Position numbers and translations under genes: made by a program. A DNA stretch of 53,800 bases from an uncultured PS1 clade bacterium (GTDB lineage: Bacteria; Pseudomonadota; Alphaproteobacteria; MED-G09), in the NCBI GenBank assembly GCA_902609025.1, contig CACLQD010000001.1, forward strand, positions 1 to 53,800, written 5' to 3'. The notes under the pieces were generated by a model. It did not search any database and was not told the DNA's origin. It saw nothing but the letters and a program-made list of their open reading frames with translations. Positions 9,847 through 19,994 of the stretch are shown here, piece by piece. Each line of letters begins with the position of its first letter. Within the stretch, counting starts at the first letter, position 1.

Positions 9847-9970
9847 ATTTCTTTAGTTGTATTAATTAAAAAAATATTATAAACCAATCTAACTAATCTT
9901 CCGGCAGGGCATGCCGTGTTTGATTATTGAATGCCAAACTATAATTTTATTAAAAAATAGGAGATGCAAA

Positions 9971-10168
9971 ATGCCCAAACTAAAAACCAAAAGCGGTGTA
10001 AAAAAGCGCTTCAAAGTTACTAGCTCAGGAAAGATTATAGCAGCTAAAACCGGTAAAAGACACGGTATGATAAAGCGTACACCTAAACAAATCCGTAATA
10101 AGCGCGGAACATCTCTTCTTTCTAAACCAGATAGCAGGATTGTAAAAAAATTCCTGCCATATTCATAA
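9971..10168 (+). CDS. rpmI: 50S ribosomal protein L35
   Basis: [22 protein letters not shown] is the canonical L35 N-terminus, preceded by AGGAG at 9959-9963. The track ORF start at 9911 is an upstream in-frame extension. Confidence 0.95.
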   Translation: MPKLKTKSGVKKRFKVTSSGKIIAAKTGKRHGMIKRTPKQIRNKRGTSLLSKPDSRIVKKFLPYS

Positions 10169-10180
10169 AGGAAGAAAATA

Positions 10181-10537
10181 ATGACAAGAGTAACAAGTGG
10201 TGCATCGAGCCATTCTAGACATAGAAAAATTATCAAAAGTGCGAAAGGTTATTTTGGGAGAAGAAAAAATACCTTCCGCGCAGCTAATCAAGCTGTAGAG
10301 AAGGCAGGTCAATATTCCTATAGAGATAGAAAAAAAAGAAAAAGAAATTTTAGATCATTATGGATACAAAGAATTAATGCTGCTGCTAGATTAAATGGTA
10401 TTAATTATGCAAATTTTATGAATGGTCTTTCAAAAGCTAATATTGAAATAGATAGAAAAGTTTTATCTGATATTGCAATTTCAGATCCTGAAACATTTAA
10501 AGATTTAGTTAATAAAGCCACATCCGCATTAAAATAA
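10181..10537 (+). CDS. rplT: 50S ribosomal protein L20
   Basis: [30 protein letters not shown] is the canonical L20 sequence. Confidence 0.95.
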   Translation: MTRVTSGASSHSRHRKIIKSAKGYFGRRKNTFRAANQAVEKAGQYSYRDRKKRKRNFRSLWIQRINAAARLNGINYANFMNGLSKANIEIDRKVLSDIAISDPETFKDLVNKATSALK

Positions 10538-10593
10538 ATCCTAATTTATGTTAATGTAATTATTGATGCAATTTAGAGCATCAGGAAATAATT

Positions 10594-11679
10594 ATGGAAA
10601 ATTTAAATTCTATTAAAAAAGAAATACTTCAAAAAATTAAATCAGCTGAAAGCGATGGTAATGTTGAAGAAATTCGTATCAGAGAGTTAGGAAAAAAAGG
10701 AAGGATTACAAAGCTCCTTAGTGAATTAGGAAAATTAGATCAGGAAGAAAGAAAAAAATTAGGACCTAAAATAAATGACCTCAAAAATAAAGTCCTCAAA
10801 GAGATAGAAGAAAAGAAAGAGTTTTTTTTAGACCAAGCTCTAAACAAAAAACTCTTAGAAGAAAAAGTTGATGTAACTTTGCCTGTAAAATCGAGTCAAA
10901 ATACAAATGGAAGAATACATCCAGTTTCTCAAGTTTTAGATGAAATAACTGAAATTTTTGGTTCACTTGGTTATGAGATTGCTGATGGACCAGATATTGA
11001 AACAGAGTATTATAATTTTAATGCTCTCAATATTCCTGAATCTCATCCAGCAAGGCAAATGCATGATACCTTTTATTTTGACGAATTTGATAAAGATCAA
11101 GGACAATCAGTCTTAAGAACACATACTAGTCCGGTTCAAGTTAGAACTATGGAAGAAGGAGAGCCTCCTTTTAGATTTATATCCCCTGGAAGAACCTATA
11201 GATGTGACTCAGATCAAACACATACACCAATGTTTCATCAAATTGAGGGTTTGTCAGTTGATAAAGAAACTAACCTTGGTCACCTGAAGTGGACACTAGA
11301 AACTTTTTTATCCTCCTTTTTTGAGATTAAAAACACAAAAATTCAGATGAGACCGAGCTATTTTCCCTTTACCGAACCATCATTAGAAATAGATGTTTTG
11401 TGTGACAGAAGTGGACCTGTTTTAAAAATTGGCGAAGGGTCAGACTGGCTAGAAGTTGCTGGCGCAGGTATGGTTCATCCTAATGTCTTAAAATCAGCAA
11501 ATATAGATCCTGACATTTATCAGGGATTTGCTTTTGGTTTTGGTTTAGACCGTTTAGCACAATTAAAATATGGTATTCCGGATTTAAGAACTTTCTTTAG
11601 TGGAGATATTAGATGGCTTAGACATTACGGTTTCTCAGCCTTAGATATTCCAACATTATCTAGAGGATTAAAGAAATGA
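10594..11679 (+). CDS. pheS: Phenylalanine--tRNA ligase alpha subunit
   Basis: 361 aa with class II aaRS motifs (HPARQMHDTFY, RTHTSPVQVR, GFAFGFGLDRL). Confidence 0.95.
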   Translation: MENLNSIKKEILQKIKSAESDGNVEEIRIRELGKKGRITKLLSELGKLDQEERKKLGPKINDLKNKVLKEIEEKKEFFLDQALNKKLLEEKVDVTLPVKSSQNTNGRIHPVSQVLDEITEIFGSLGYEIADGPDIETEYYNFNALNIPESHPARQMHDTFYFDEFDKDQGQSVLRTHTSPVQVRTMEEGEPPFRFISPGRTYRCDSDQTHTPMFHQIEGLSVDKETNLGHLKWTLETFLSSFFEIKNTKIQMRPSYFPFTEPSLEIDVLCDRSGPVLKIGEGSDWLEVAGAGMVHPNVLKSANIDPDIYQGFAFGFGLDRLAQLKYGIPDLRTFFSGDIRWLRHYGFSALDIPTLSRGLKK

Positions 11680-14060
11680 AGTTTACTTTATCTTGGCTTA
11701 AAGAACATTTGGAAACTAATTCCTCATTAGATGAAATAACTAATAATCTAACTGAAATTGGCTTGGAAGTGGAAGACATCATCAATCCAGAGAAAGATTT
11801 AGAAGATTTTATAGTTGGAAAAATATTAACTTCAGAAAAACACCCTAACGCAGATCGCCTTAGTGTTTGTAAGGTTGATATAGGAAATGAAATAAAAGAA
11901 GTAGTTTGTGGCGCTCCAAATGCAAAAGAGGGCCTATTAACAATATATGCCCCTCTTGGAAGTATAATACCAAAATCTAAGATGGTTATTCAAAAAACTA
12001 AGATTAGAGACATCGTATCTTACGGAATGCTTTGCTCGGGAGATGAATTAAATATTGATAATGAAAACGAAGGTATAATTGAGATCAAAAAAGCTAAGGC
12101 AGGAGATAAAGCTTCTAAAGCATTAGGTGATCTTGATCCTATAATTGAAATTGCAATCACACCAAATAGGCCTGACTGTCTTGGTGTTTATGGTATCGCT
12201 AGAGATCTAGCCGCTAAGGGACTTGGAAGACTTAAGGTAACGAAAATGAATACACTTAAAAGTCATGAAGAAAGTATTCCTGTTTACACAAAATCTACTA
12301 AAAATAATAACTTTTGTAATATCTTTGCAGGTAGATTGATTGAAGGGATTGAAAATAAAGAAAGTCCAGACTGGCTAAAAAACCGTTTAGAGAAAATAGG
12401 TCTTAGAAATATTAATGCTGTCGTAGATATAACAAATTTTCTAACATATGATCGAGGAAGACCTCTTCATGCATATAATTCTGATCTGATAGCAAAAGAT
12501 ATAGGTGCAAGACTTGCAAAGGTAGGTGAAAAAATTAAAGCTCTTGATGGAAAAGAATATATCTTAGATGAAGAAACATGTGTAATTGCAGATAATGAAA
12601 AAGTTCTTGGTATTGCGGGTATTATTGGTGGAGAAGAATTTGGTTCAGAGATAGAAACAAAAAATATATTTTTAGAATCTGCTTTCTTTGATCCGATTCA
12701 TATTGCGAGAACGGGAAGAAAATTAAATATTAATTCTGATGCAAGATATAGATTTGAAAGGGGTACCGACCCAAATTTTGTTTTAGAAGGATTGGATATA
12801 GCTACAGAAATGATTCTAGATATTTGTGGTGGAAAAGCCAGTAAGACAAGTGTTGCCTTACATGAAGATTTTAAAAATAACAAAATAAATTTCGATATAA
12901 AACTAATTGAGAAAATTTCTGGAATTAAAATTTCTCCAAAAGATATAAAAAAAATACTTTTATCGCTTGGTTTTGAGATTGATAAAAATTTTAAGATAAC
13001 AGTTCCCTCATGGAGACCTGATGTTAGTTTACCAATAGATATTGTAGAAGAAGTAATTAGAATTTATGGACTAAATAATGTTGAGTCTATACCACTTAAA
13101 AATTCTGACCAGCCTTCAAAACCTATACTTACTAATTCTCAAAAAAATACAAATTTAATTAGAAGAAACCTCGCTTCAAGAGGATTAATAGAAAATATCT
13201 CTTATTCATTTGTTAGTTCTGAATTCTCTGATTTATCACCCAAGGGCAGGAAACCTATACAACTATTAAATCCAATATCTGAAGACTTATCAGATATGAG
13301 GACATCACCATTAATTTCTTTGATAAGCAATTTTCGTGAAAATAAAAATAGAGGATTTAATGATATAGGAATTTATGAGATTGGACCTGGTTTTAGCGGA
13401 CCAAAACCTGGTCAACAAAATTCAATTGCCGCTGGTTTAAGAACTGGAATATATAAATCAACGGGCACTGAAAGACATTGGCAAGGTAATGAAAAGGCAG
13501 ATGTTTTTGATGTGAAAAGTGATGTATTTTCTTATTTAGATTTGATTAATATCTCAAATGATTTATTCACACACGCTATTCCTGGATCAGATTGGTATCA
13601 TCCCGGACGATCAGCAAACATAATTTCTGAAAAAGGAGAAATTATGGCTTCCTTTGGTGAAATTCATCCAAAAATCTTATCAAAACTTAATATTCCGTCA
13701 TGCGTAGGGTTCGAAATATACTTAGATGAAATATTAAAAGTTATAAATACTCAAAATGATAACAAAGAATTTATTTTCTATAATTTACAAGCTGTAAAAA
13801 GAGATTTTTCTTTTGACATCCCAATTAATGTAAACTCATCAACATTAATTGATGCTATAAATTCATGTAATATTGACCTTATTGATGACATCAAACTTTT
13901 TGATCAATTTATCTTAGAAAATTCAAAAAAATCCCTCGCTGTGGAAATTACTATTCAACCAAAAAAAGAGACTCTAAAGGATAATGAAATAGATTCTATT
14001 TGTGAAAAAATAATTCAAGCTATTGAAAAAGCCACAAGTGGAAAATTAAGAAGCTCATAG
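11676..14060 (+). CDS. pheT: Phenylalanine--tRNA ligase beta subunit
   Basis: 794 aa starting [12 protein letters not shown], with tRNA-binding, B3/4, B5 and FDX-ACB domains. ATGA overlap with pheS. Confidence 0.95.
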   Translation: MKFTLSWLKEHLETNSSLDEITNNLTEIGLEVEDIINPEKDLEDFIVGKILTSEKHPNADRLSVCKVDIGNEIKEVVCGAPNAKEGLLTIYAPLGSIIPKSKMVIQKTKIRDIVSYGMLCSGDELNIDNENEGIIEIKKAKAGDKASKALGDLDPIIEIAITPNRPDCLGVYGIARDLAAKGLGRLKVTKMNTLKSHEESIPVYTKSTKNNNFCNIFAGRLIEGIENKESPDWLKNRLEKIGLRNINAVVDITNFLTYDRGRPLHAYNSDLIAKDIGARLAKVGEKIKALDGKEYILDEETCVIADNEKVLGIAGIIGGEEFGSEIETKNIFLESAFFDPIHIARTGRKLNINSDARYRFERGTDPNFVLEGLDIATEMILDICGGKASKTSVALHEDFKNNKINFDIKLIEKISGIKISPKDIKKILLSLGFEIDKNFKITVPSWRPDVSLPIDIVEEVIRIYGLNNVESIPLKNSDQPSKPILTNSQKNTNLIRRNLASRGLIENISYSFVSSEFSDLSPKGRKPIQLLNPISEDLSDMRTSPLISLISNFRENKNRGFNDIGIYEIGPGFSGPKPGQQNSIAAGLRTGIYKSTGTERHWQGNEKADVFDVKSDVFSYLDLINISNDLFTHAIPGSDWYHPGRSANIISEKGEIMASFGEIHPKILSKLNIPSCVGFEIYLDEILKVINTQNDNKEFIFYNLQAVKRDFSFDIPINVNSSTLIDAINSCNIDLIDDIKLFDQFILENSKKSLAVEITIQPKKETLKDNEIDSICEKIIQAIEKATSGKLRSS

Positions 14061-14073
14061 GGGAAAAATAAAA

Positions 14074-15876
14074 GTGCAAAATACTAAGAACATAAGAAAT
14101 TTTGCAATTATTGCACATATTGATCACGGTAAATCAACTCTCGCTGATAGATTGATACAATTTTGTGGTGGTTTATCCGAAAGAGAAATGAAAGATCAGG
14201 TCCTAGACTCTATGGATATTGAAAGAGAAAGAGGTATTACAATCAAAGCTCAAACAGTTAGGTTAAATTACAAAGATAGTAATTCTAACGAGTATCAATT
14301 GAATCTTATCGATACGCCAGGTCATGTTGATTTTTCATATGAAGTTAATAGATCTTTATCGGCTTGTGAAGGCTCAATTCTTGTAGTAGATGCTGCTCAA
14401 GGTGTAGAGGCTCAAACATTAGCAAATGTTTATCAAGCTATTGACCTAAATCATGAGATTATTCCTGTAATAAATAAAATAGACCTGCCTGCTGCTGAAC
14501 CAGATAGAGTTTGCCGTCAAATTGAGGAAGTAATAGGGCTTGATGCTAGTGATGCGATAAAAGTTTCTGCTAAAACTGGTGAGGGTATAGAAGATATATT
14601 TGGCGCTCTAATTGAAAGATTACCTCAACCAAAAGAAGATACATCCGAAACCTCTAAGGCATTGCTTGTTGACAGTTGGTATGATTCTTATCTTGGAGTT
14701 GTAGTTCTTGTAAGAGTTATTGCAGGGGAATTATCAAAAGGACAAAAAATAAAAATGTTGGGAACTAATAGCTCCTACACAATTGATGAAGTTGGTATTT
14801 TTACACCTAAAAAAGTTCCTCTTAAAGCAATAAAAGCAGGTGAGATTGGATATATAATTGCAGGAATAAAAAATGTTTCCGATACACAAATTGGAGATAC
14901 AATTACTGATTTTCAAAAGCCATGTAAAGATGCTCTTAAAGGTTTCAGACCATCTCAACCATCAGTTTTTTGCGGCTTATTTCCTACTGACAGTGGAGAC
15001 TTTGAGGATCTTAGGGACTCTATAGAAAAACTTAGCCTTAATGATTCAAGTTTCCAATATGAAACAGAAAATTCTGCAGCTTTAGGATTTGGATTTCGAT
15101 GCGGTTTTCTTGGTCTACTGCATTTGGAAATAGTTAGAGAAAGAATAGAAAGGGAATTTAATATAGATTTAATAACTACTGCTCCATCAGTTATTTATAA
15201 AATTCATCTTACCAACGGTGATGTAATTGAACTTCATAACCCAGCTGATATGCCAGAAATCACTAACATTAAGACTATTGAAGAACCTTGGATAAAAGCG
15301 ACTATATTAGTTCCTGATGAGTACTTAGGTGCAGTTCTAAAATTATGTGAAGAACGTAGAGGTCATCAGGTTGACCTAACATATGCAGGCACAAGAGCAA
15401 TGGTCGTTTATGATTTACCTCTAAACGAAGTTGTTTTCGACTTTTATGATAGGCTAAAATCAGTATCAAGTGGTTACGCAAGCTTTGATTGGCAAATGGA
15501 AGATTATAAAGCAGAAAAGCTAGTTAAAATGTCAGTTTTAGTTAATGAGGAGCCTGTCGATGCCTTATCAGTAATAGTTCATACGGATAGGTCATTTAAC
15601 CGAGGCAGAACAATGTGTAAAAAATTAAAAGATCTTATACCTCGTCATCAATTTAAAATTCCCGTACAGGCAGCTATTGGTGGTAAAATAATAGCGAGAG
15701 AAACAATACCTCCTTTTAGGAAAGATGTGACCGCCAAATTGTATGGTGGGGATGTAACACGAAAGATGAAATTACTAGAAAAACAGAAAAAAGGTAAAAA
15801 GAAAATGCGAGAATTTGGGCAGGTTAATATTCCGCAAGAAGCATTCATTTCAGCTCTAAAGTTTGATGATGAATAA
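14074..15876 (+). CDS. lepA: Elongation factor 4 (LepA)
   Basis: GTPase motifs [17 protein letters not shown] and NKIDL, plus the LepA C-terminal domain. GTG start. Confidence 0.95.
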   Translation: MQNTKNIRNFAIIAHIDHGKSTLADRLIQFCGGLSEREMKDQVLDSMDIERERGITIKAQTVRLNYKDSNSNEYQLNLIDTPGHVDFSYEVNRSLSACEGSILVVDAAQGVEAQTLANVYQAIDLNHEIIPVINKIDLPAAEPDRVCRQIEEVIGLDASDAIKVSAKTGEGIEDIFGALIERLPQPKEDTSETSKALLVDSWYDSYLGVVVLVRVIAGELSKGQKIKMLGTNSSYTIDEVGIFTPKKVPLKAIKAGEIGYIIAGIKNVSDTQIGDTITDFQKPCKDALKGFRPSQPSVFCGLFPTDSGDFEDLRDSIEKLSLNDSSFQYETENSAALGFGFRCGFLGLLHLEIVRERIEREFNIDLITTAPSVIYKIHLTNGDVIELHNPADMPEITNIKTIEEPWIKATILVPDEYLGAVLKLCEERRGHQVDLTYAGTRAMVVYDLPLNEVVFDFYDRLKSVSSGYASFDWQMEDYKAEKLVKMSVLVNEEPVDALSVIVHTDRSFNRGRTMCKKLKDLIPRHQFKIPVQAAIGGKIIARETIPPFRKDVTAKLYGGDVTRKMKLLEKQKKGKKKMREFGQVNIPQEAFISALKFDDE

Positions 15877-15890
15877 ATATATAAATTATA

Positions 15891-15980
15891 GGAGAGGTGG
15901 CCGAGCGGTCGAAGGCGCACGCTTGGAAAGCGTGTAGGCGAGCAATCGTCTCGCGGGTTCGAATCCCGCTCTCTCCGCCA
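15891..15980 (+). tRNA. tRNA-Ser (anticodon GGA), CCA encoded
   Basis: Hand-folded. Acceptor GGAGAGG/TCTCTCC with one G-U pair. Anticodon stem CACGC/GCGTG with loop TTGGAAA, giving anticodon GGA. Long variable arm (class II). T-arm GCGGG-TTCGAAT-CCCGC. 3' GCCA. Confidence 0.93.
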
Positions 15981-16084
15981 TTTTTTTTAATAAAAAAAAA
16001 TAATTTTTACGATGATTTTTTTGTAAAATCGATATATAAATTTTTTTATATAATTCATATAATACATATGTGGGAGTTTATAGA

Positions 16085-18352
16085 ATGAAAAAAATATCTT
16101 ATTTTTTAATAGCAATATTAATTTTAAATACACAACTTTTTGCTCAAGAAGTTGAAACTTCAAATATTGAAGAAATTGTTGTGACATCTCAAAAGCGTGC
16201 AAATGCAATTGCAGCTCAAGATCTACCAGCTAGTGTAACAGCGATAAATGAAAAATTGATAATCGACTCAGACGCCTTAGACCTTACAGATATTGGTCGG
16301 ATGGTTCCAAATGCAACACTTCATCCTTCAGCGACTTTTGCTGGAACTCCTAATTTTCTAATTAGAGGTATTGGTGTAAGTGGCACTACAAGATCACTTG
16401 ATCCAACAGTGGGTATTATTGTAGATGGAGTGTATTTAGGTTTTCCAGTTGGTGCTAATTTAGATATGTTTGACAGAGAATCTATTGAGATTTTAAGAGG
16501 CCCACAAGGCACTCTTCTTGGAAGAAATGTTACTGGTGGCGCAATAGTGGTAAGAACAAAGAGACCTACTGGCGAATTTGGAGCCAAAGTAGATGTAACT
16601 GTCGGAGATTATAGCCGAAGAGATCTATCATTAAGTGTTGAAGGTCCTATAAGTGACACAGTTTCTGCAAAAATTGCTGTGATGTCTAGAGAGAGAGATG
16701 GATATTGGAAAGACAATAATGGTGGCTCCATGGTTCCTACAGATGGCGCTATAGCAAGAGGATATGATGAAACTGGTCAAGGTGAGTCAGGTACAAAACC
16801 TGATGTTGATCTTACAATTATAAGACCAATGTTATTGATTCAACCCTCTGAGAATTTAGATATTACTTTTATTGGTGAATTCTTATCTGATAAGAGTGGT
16901 ACAGCAAATAGTAGAAATTTTGTTAATAATGATGCTTTAAGAAGAACACAACTATTTGGTTATACTCCTCCAGAAGATCGATATGAAATTAATCATAATT
17001 TAATGGGTGGTAATGACCTTGAAATTGATACTTTTATTGGTGAATTTAATTTACAAACTGATTCAGGTATATTGACTGGAATAGCCTCATATCGTGAATT
17101 AACATACGACTCAAGTACAGATTTTGACGGATCACCAATTACTCTTTTCCATTTCCCCAATAACCATGAAGAGCAAGAGCAACAGACATTTGAGTTAAGA
17201 TATGCTGGTTCATACTCAGAAAACATAGATTATGTTGTAGGGGTTAGCTATTTTGACCAAGAAATGTTCGTTGGAGAAAGAAGAGATTTTGGTGTAGCAG
17301 ATATTGCAGGTGTTACAGAGTTGTCCCATGATAGTATTGGTATATTTGCTGAACTAGACTACTTAATTAACGATAAAACCAAAATTACTCTTGGAGCAAG
17401 ATGGACAGAAGAAACAAAGGATGTAACTTTTAATGCTATCGGCTCATGTGAAAAAGACTTTAGTTCCTGTTCTGGGCCATCTTCAGGTTTAATGAGGAGC
17501 GGAACATATGATGACACAACACCAAAAATAGCTGTCACTCATTCATTAAATGAAGATGTAAATATTTATGCTAGCTACACACAAGGATTTAGAAGTGGTT
17601 CGTTTGATGCTAGGGCAAGAACTATTGACTCTTTCTTAAACAGTCAACCCGGTCCAGAAGAGGTTACTAGCATTGAATTAGGCTTAAAATCAACATTTAA
17701 TGATGGTAAAATTCTATTGAATATTGCTTTGTTCCAAGCAGATTATGATGATATTCAAAAATTAGCACTCGAAGAGTGTGACGTTAACATTGATACCTGT
17801 CCAAGTGGTCGTATACAAAGACTAATAAATGCTGCGAAAGCAACAATTGAAGGTATCGAAATTGAAACTAAATTAAGTATAACGGATCAACTTAGTATTG
17901 AAGGATCACTAGGTTATACAGATGCAGGTTTTGATGAATTTCTTGGGTTTGATGCTGATGGCGTTAGAGGATATGATCCTGTTACTGATCCGATAGCAGC
18001 AGCAGCACTTAAATTTGAAAGAGTTCCTGAATTGACATACAACATTATGGCAAATTACTTTCAACCTCTAGAAAATGGTGCTGAGTTGGATTTTAGAATT
18101 TCTTACTCTTATACAGATGACTTCTATAACAATGCGCTTATGACAGAGGCAATTAAAACTGATTCATATGGATTACTTGATGCAAGTGTTTCATATACCT
18201 TTGCACAAAGTGGACTTAAGTTAACTGTTTTTGGTAAGAATATTACTGATGAAGATTACCATGATTTTGCTTTAGACAATGTATTAACTAGTCTTACATG
18301 GGGTGGAGTTCCTGATACTTATGGGCTTCGTTTAACATATTCTTTTGATTAA
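16085..18352 (+). CDS. TonB-dependent receptor (about 755 aa)
   Basis: Signal peptide MKKISYFLIAILILNTQLFAQE, plug domain start EEIVVTSQKR, the plug motif IEILRGPQGTLLGRNVTGGAIVV, and a long beta-barrel. ATG 16085 is preceded by GGGAG; the track start is GTG 16070. Confidence 0.9.
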   Translation: MKKISYFLIAILILNTQLFAQEVETSNIEEIVVTSQKRANAIAAQDLPASVTAINEKLIIDSDALDLTDIGRMVPNATLHPSATFAGTPNFLIRGIGVSGTTRSLDPTVGIIVDGVYLGFPVGANLDMFDRESIEILRGPQGTLLGRNVTGGAIVVRTKRPTGEFGAKVDVTVGDYSRRDLSLSVEGPISDTVSAKIAVMSRERDGYWKDNNGGSMVPTDGAIARGYDETGQGESGTKPDVDLTIIRPMLLIQPSENLDITFIGEFLSDKSGTANSRNFVNNDALRRTQLFGYTPPEDRYEINHNLMGGNDLEIDTFIGEFNLQTDSGILTGIASYRELTYDSSTDFDGSPITLFHFPNNHEEQEQQTFELRYAGSYSENIDYVVGVSYFDQEMFVGERRDFGVADIAGVTELSHDSIGIFAELDYLINDKTKITLGARWTEETKDVTFNAIGSCEKDFSSCSGPSSGLMRSGTYDDTTPKIAVTHSLNEDVNIYASYTQGFRSGSFDARARTIDSFLNSQPGPEEVTSIELGLKSTFNDGKILLNIALFQADYDDIQKLALEECDVNIDTCPSGRIQRLINAAKATIEGIEIETKLSITDQLSIEGSLGYTDAGFDEFLGFDADGVRGYDPVTDPIAAAALKFERVPELTYNIMANYFQPLENGAELDFRISYSYTDDFYNNALMTEAIKTDSYGLLDASVSYTFAQSGLKLTVFGKNITDEDYHDFALDNVLTSLTWGGVPDTYGLRLTYSFD

Positions 18353-18358
18353 AAAGTT

Positions 18359-18393
18359 TGGATCACCTATTATTTTAGGTGATCCACTTTTTT
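18359..18393. terminator. Intrinsic terminator shared by convergent TBDR and selO genes
   Basis: Perfect 10-bp stem TGGATCACCT (18359-18368) / AGGTGATCCA (18377-18386) with an 8-nt loop, followed by CTTTTTT on the plus strand. The minus-strand view is followed by AAACTTTTT. Confidence 0.75.
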
Positions 18394-19846
18394 AAGTGCC
18401 ACAAAAAGTTTGCAATACTTTTTCATTGTCATTTGGTGGCATAAAATATTCATCAGGTATATTTATTTTAGAGTCATAAGGATTTTTCAAAATTTTGGTA
18501 TATTCTTTAATTGTTTTTAAATCACCCTCTTCAGCCTTTTTTAATGCTTTTTCAACTATATGATTTCTTGGAATAATTCTCGGATTATTAACTTGCATAA
18601 TCTCTCTTAATTGTTCGAAAGATTTTGACTCTTTTTTTAATCTGACTTTCCATTTTTTATACCAAGATAAAAATTCTTCAGCCTTATAAAATTCTTCATT
18701 TGGTAAAGTGTCTTCACTTAATAATCGAAATGTATTTGTAAAATCAGTTTTATGTTTTTGCATAACATCTAATAGTTCACTTATTAAATCTTTATCTTCA
18801 TTCTCTTTAGTTAATAAGCCTATTTTCAGTCTCATCATATCAAGCCATTTACTTTGATATAAATCTGCAAACGTATTTATAGCCTCTTCTGCTAATTTCA
18901 AAGCATTTTCATGTTTATCACTTATTAAAGGTAGGATTGCTTCAGCTAATCTGGCTAAATTCCATTGAGTAATTATAGGTTGATTAGCAAAAGAATATCT
19001 TCCTTGATGATCAATAGAACTAAATACTGTCAAAGGATCATAATGATCCATAAATGCGCAAGGGCCATAATCAATTGTTTCACCAGATAATGCCACATTA
19101 TCAGTATTCATTACCCCATGAATAAAGCCTATTCTCATCCAATTAGTGACCAAATCTGCCTGTTGCTCAATTATTGCGTACAAGAAATCAAGTGCTTTAC
19201 TTTTAGAATCTAAAAGATTTGGAAAATGTCTTTCTATTGTGTAATCAAAAAGTTTATTTACTAAATTTTTATCTTCTTGAATAACAGCAAACTGGAATGT
19301 TCCAACACGAATGTGTGATTTCGAAACTCTAGTTAATATTGCGCCTGGATATTTTTGTTCTCGGACAACATCTTCGCCAGTTTCAACTACTGCAAGACTT
19401 CTACATGTAGGAATATTAAGATAATGCATAGCCTCACTAATTAAATATTCTCGCATCATTGGTCCAATTGCAGCTAATCCGTCACCACTTCGAGAGTAAG
19501 GTGTTGGGCCTGATCCTTTGAACTGAATATCAAATCTTTTATCACCTAATATATGTTCGCCTAATAGAATTGCTCTTCCATCTCCCAAAATTGTAAAATG
19601 GCCAAATTGATGGCCAGCATAAGCTTGCGCAATAAGGGAGGATCCTTCTGGAATTATATTTCCACTGAGTAAGTTTGGTATATCTTCAGGCTTAAGTGAC
19701 GAAAAATTAAATCCTAGTTCAGCACAAAGGTCATCGTTAAAAATTGCTAATTTTGGTGATATTACTTTTTTTGGTTTCACATATGAATGAAATGCAGTAG
19801 GCAAATTCATATAAGTGTTTTCAAAGTGAAATATATTATTCTGCAA
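18392..19846 (-). CDS. selO: Protein adenylyltransferase SelO (YdiU/UPF0061 family)
   Basis: QAYAGHQFGHFTILGDGRA, GFIHGVMNTDNVALSGETIDYGPCAFMD and the C-terminal TFCGT are all SelO/YdiU hallmarks. TTG start at 19844-19846. Confidence 0.9.
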   Translation of the reverse strand: MQNNIFHFENTYMNLPTAFHSYVKPKKVISPKLAIFNDDLCAELGFNFSSLKPEDIPNLLSGNIIPEGSSLIAQAYAGHQFGHFTILGDGRAILLGEHILGDKRFDIQFKGSGPTPYSRSGDGLAAIGPMMREYLISEAMHYLNIPTCRSLAVVETGEDVVREQKYPGAILTRVSKSHIRVGTFQFAVIQEDKNLVNKLFDYTIERHFPNLLDSKSKALDFLYAIIEQQADLVTNWMRIGFIHGVMNTDNVALSGETIDYGPCAFMDHYDPLTVFSSIDHQGRYSFANQPIITQWNLARLAEAILPLISDKHENALKLAEEAINTFADLYQSKWLDMMRLKIGLLTKENEDKDLISELLDVMQKHKTDFTNTFRLLSEDTLPNEEFYKAEEFLSWYKKWKVRLKKESKSFEQLREIMQVNNPRIIPRNHIVEKALKKAEEGDLKTIKEYTKILKNPYDSKINIPDEYFMPPNDNEKVLQTFCGT

Positions 19847-19994
19847 ATTTAATCCTTTTTTTTAGTTGATATCTTTTACTTCTACATGCCTGCGAACAAT
19901 AGCGTATCTCATCCCAATTCTTTTTCCACTTTTTTCTCCAATTAAAAGAAAGATTGCAAATTGGACAAGTTTTATTTGGCAGAGATTTTCTCAT
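19836..19994 (-). CDS. DUF2256-family small Cys4 protein (52 aa), not in the supplied ORF track
   Basis: My translation: MRKSLPNKTCPICNLSFNWRKKWKKNWDEIRYCSQACRSKRYQLKKRIKFAE*. It matches the DUF2256 signature as I remember it (KxCxxC..F.WRKKW...WdevrYCS..Cr). The ATG shares its A with the upstream gene's TAA (TAATG at 19992-19996). The stop is at 19836-19838. Confidence 0.8.
   Translation of the reverse strand: MRKSLPNKTCPICNLSFNWRKKWKKNWDEIRYCSQACRSKRYQLKKRIKFAE

Noticed and set aside
9889-10236. 115-aa minus-strand ORF, plus 9282-9512 and 9484-9729, antisense to infC, rpmI and rplT
   Set aside because: They overlap highly conserved ribosomal and IF-3 genes and have low-complexity hydrophobic translations typical of AT-rich antisense frames.
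10538-10593. pheST leader-peptide attenuator, as in E. coli pheM
   Set aside because: The spacer is 56 nt. The only mini-ORF is ATG TTA ATG TAA (MLM), with no Phe codons. Only a 6-bp hairpin (TGATGC/GCATCA) is present.
15981-18392. Genomic island integrated at tRNA-Ser with att direct repeats
   Set aside because: I found no copy of the tRNA 3' end (GGTTCGAATCCCGCTCTCTCCGCCA or a substantial part of it) near 18353-18392, and no integrase. Only composition and position hint at acquisition, so I kept this as a low-interest finding.
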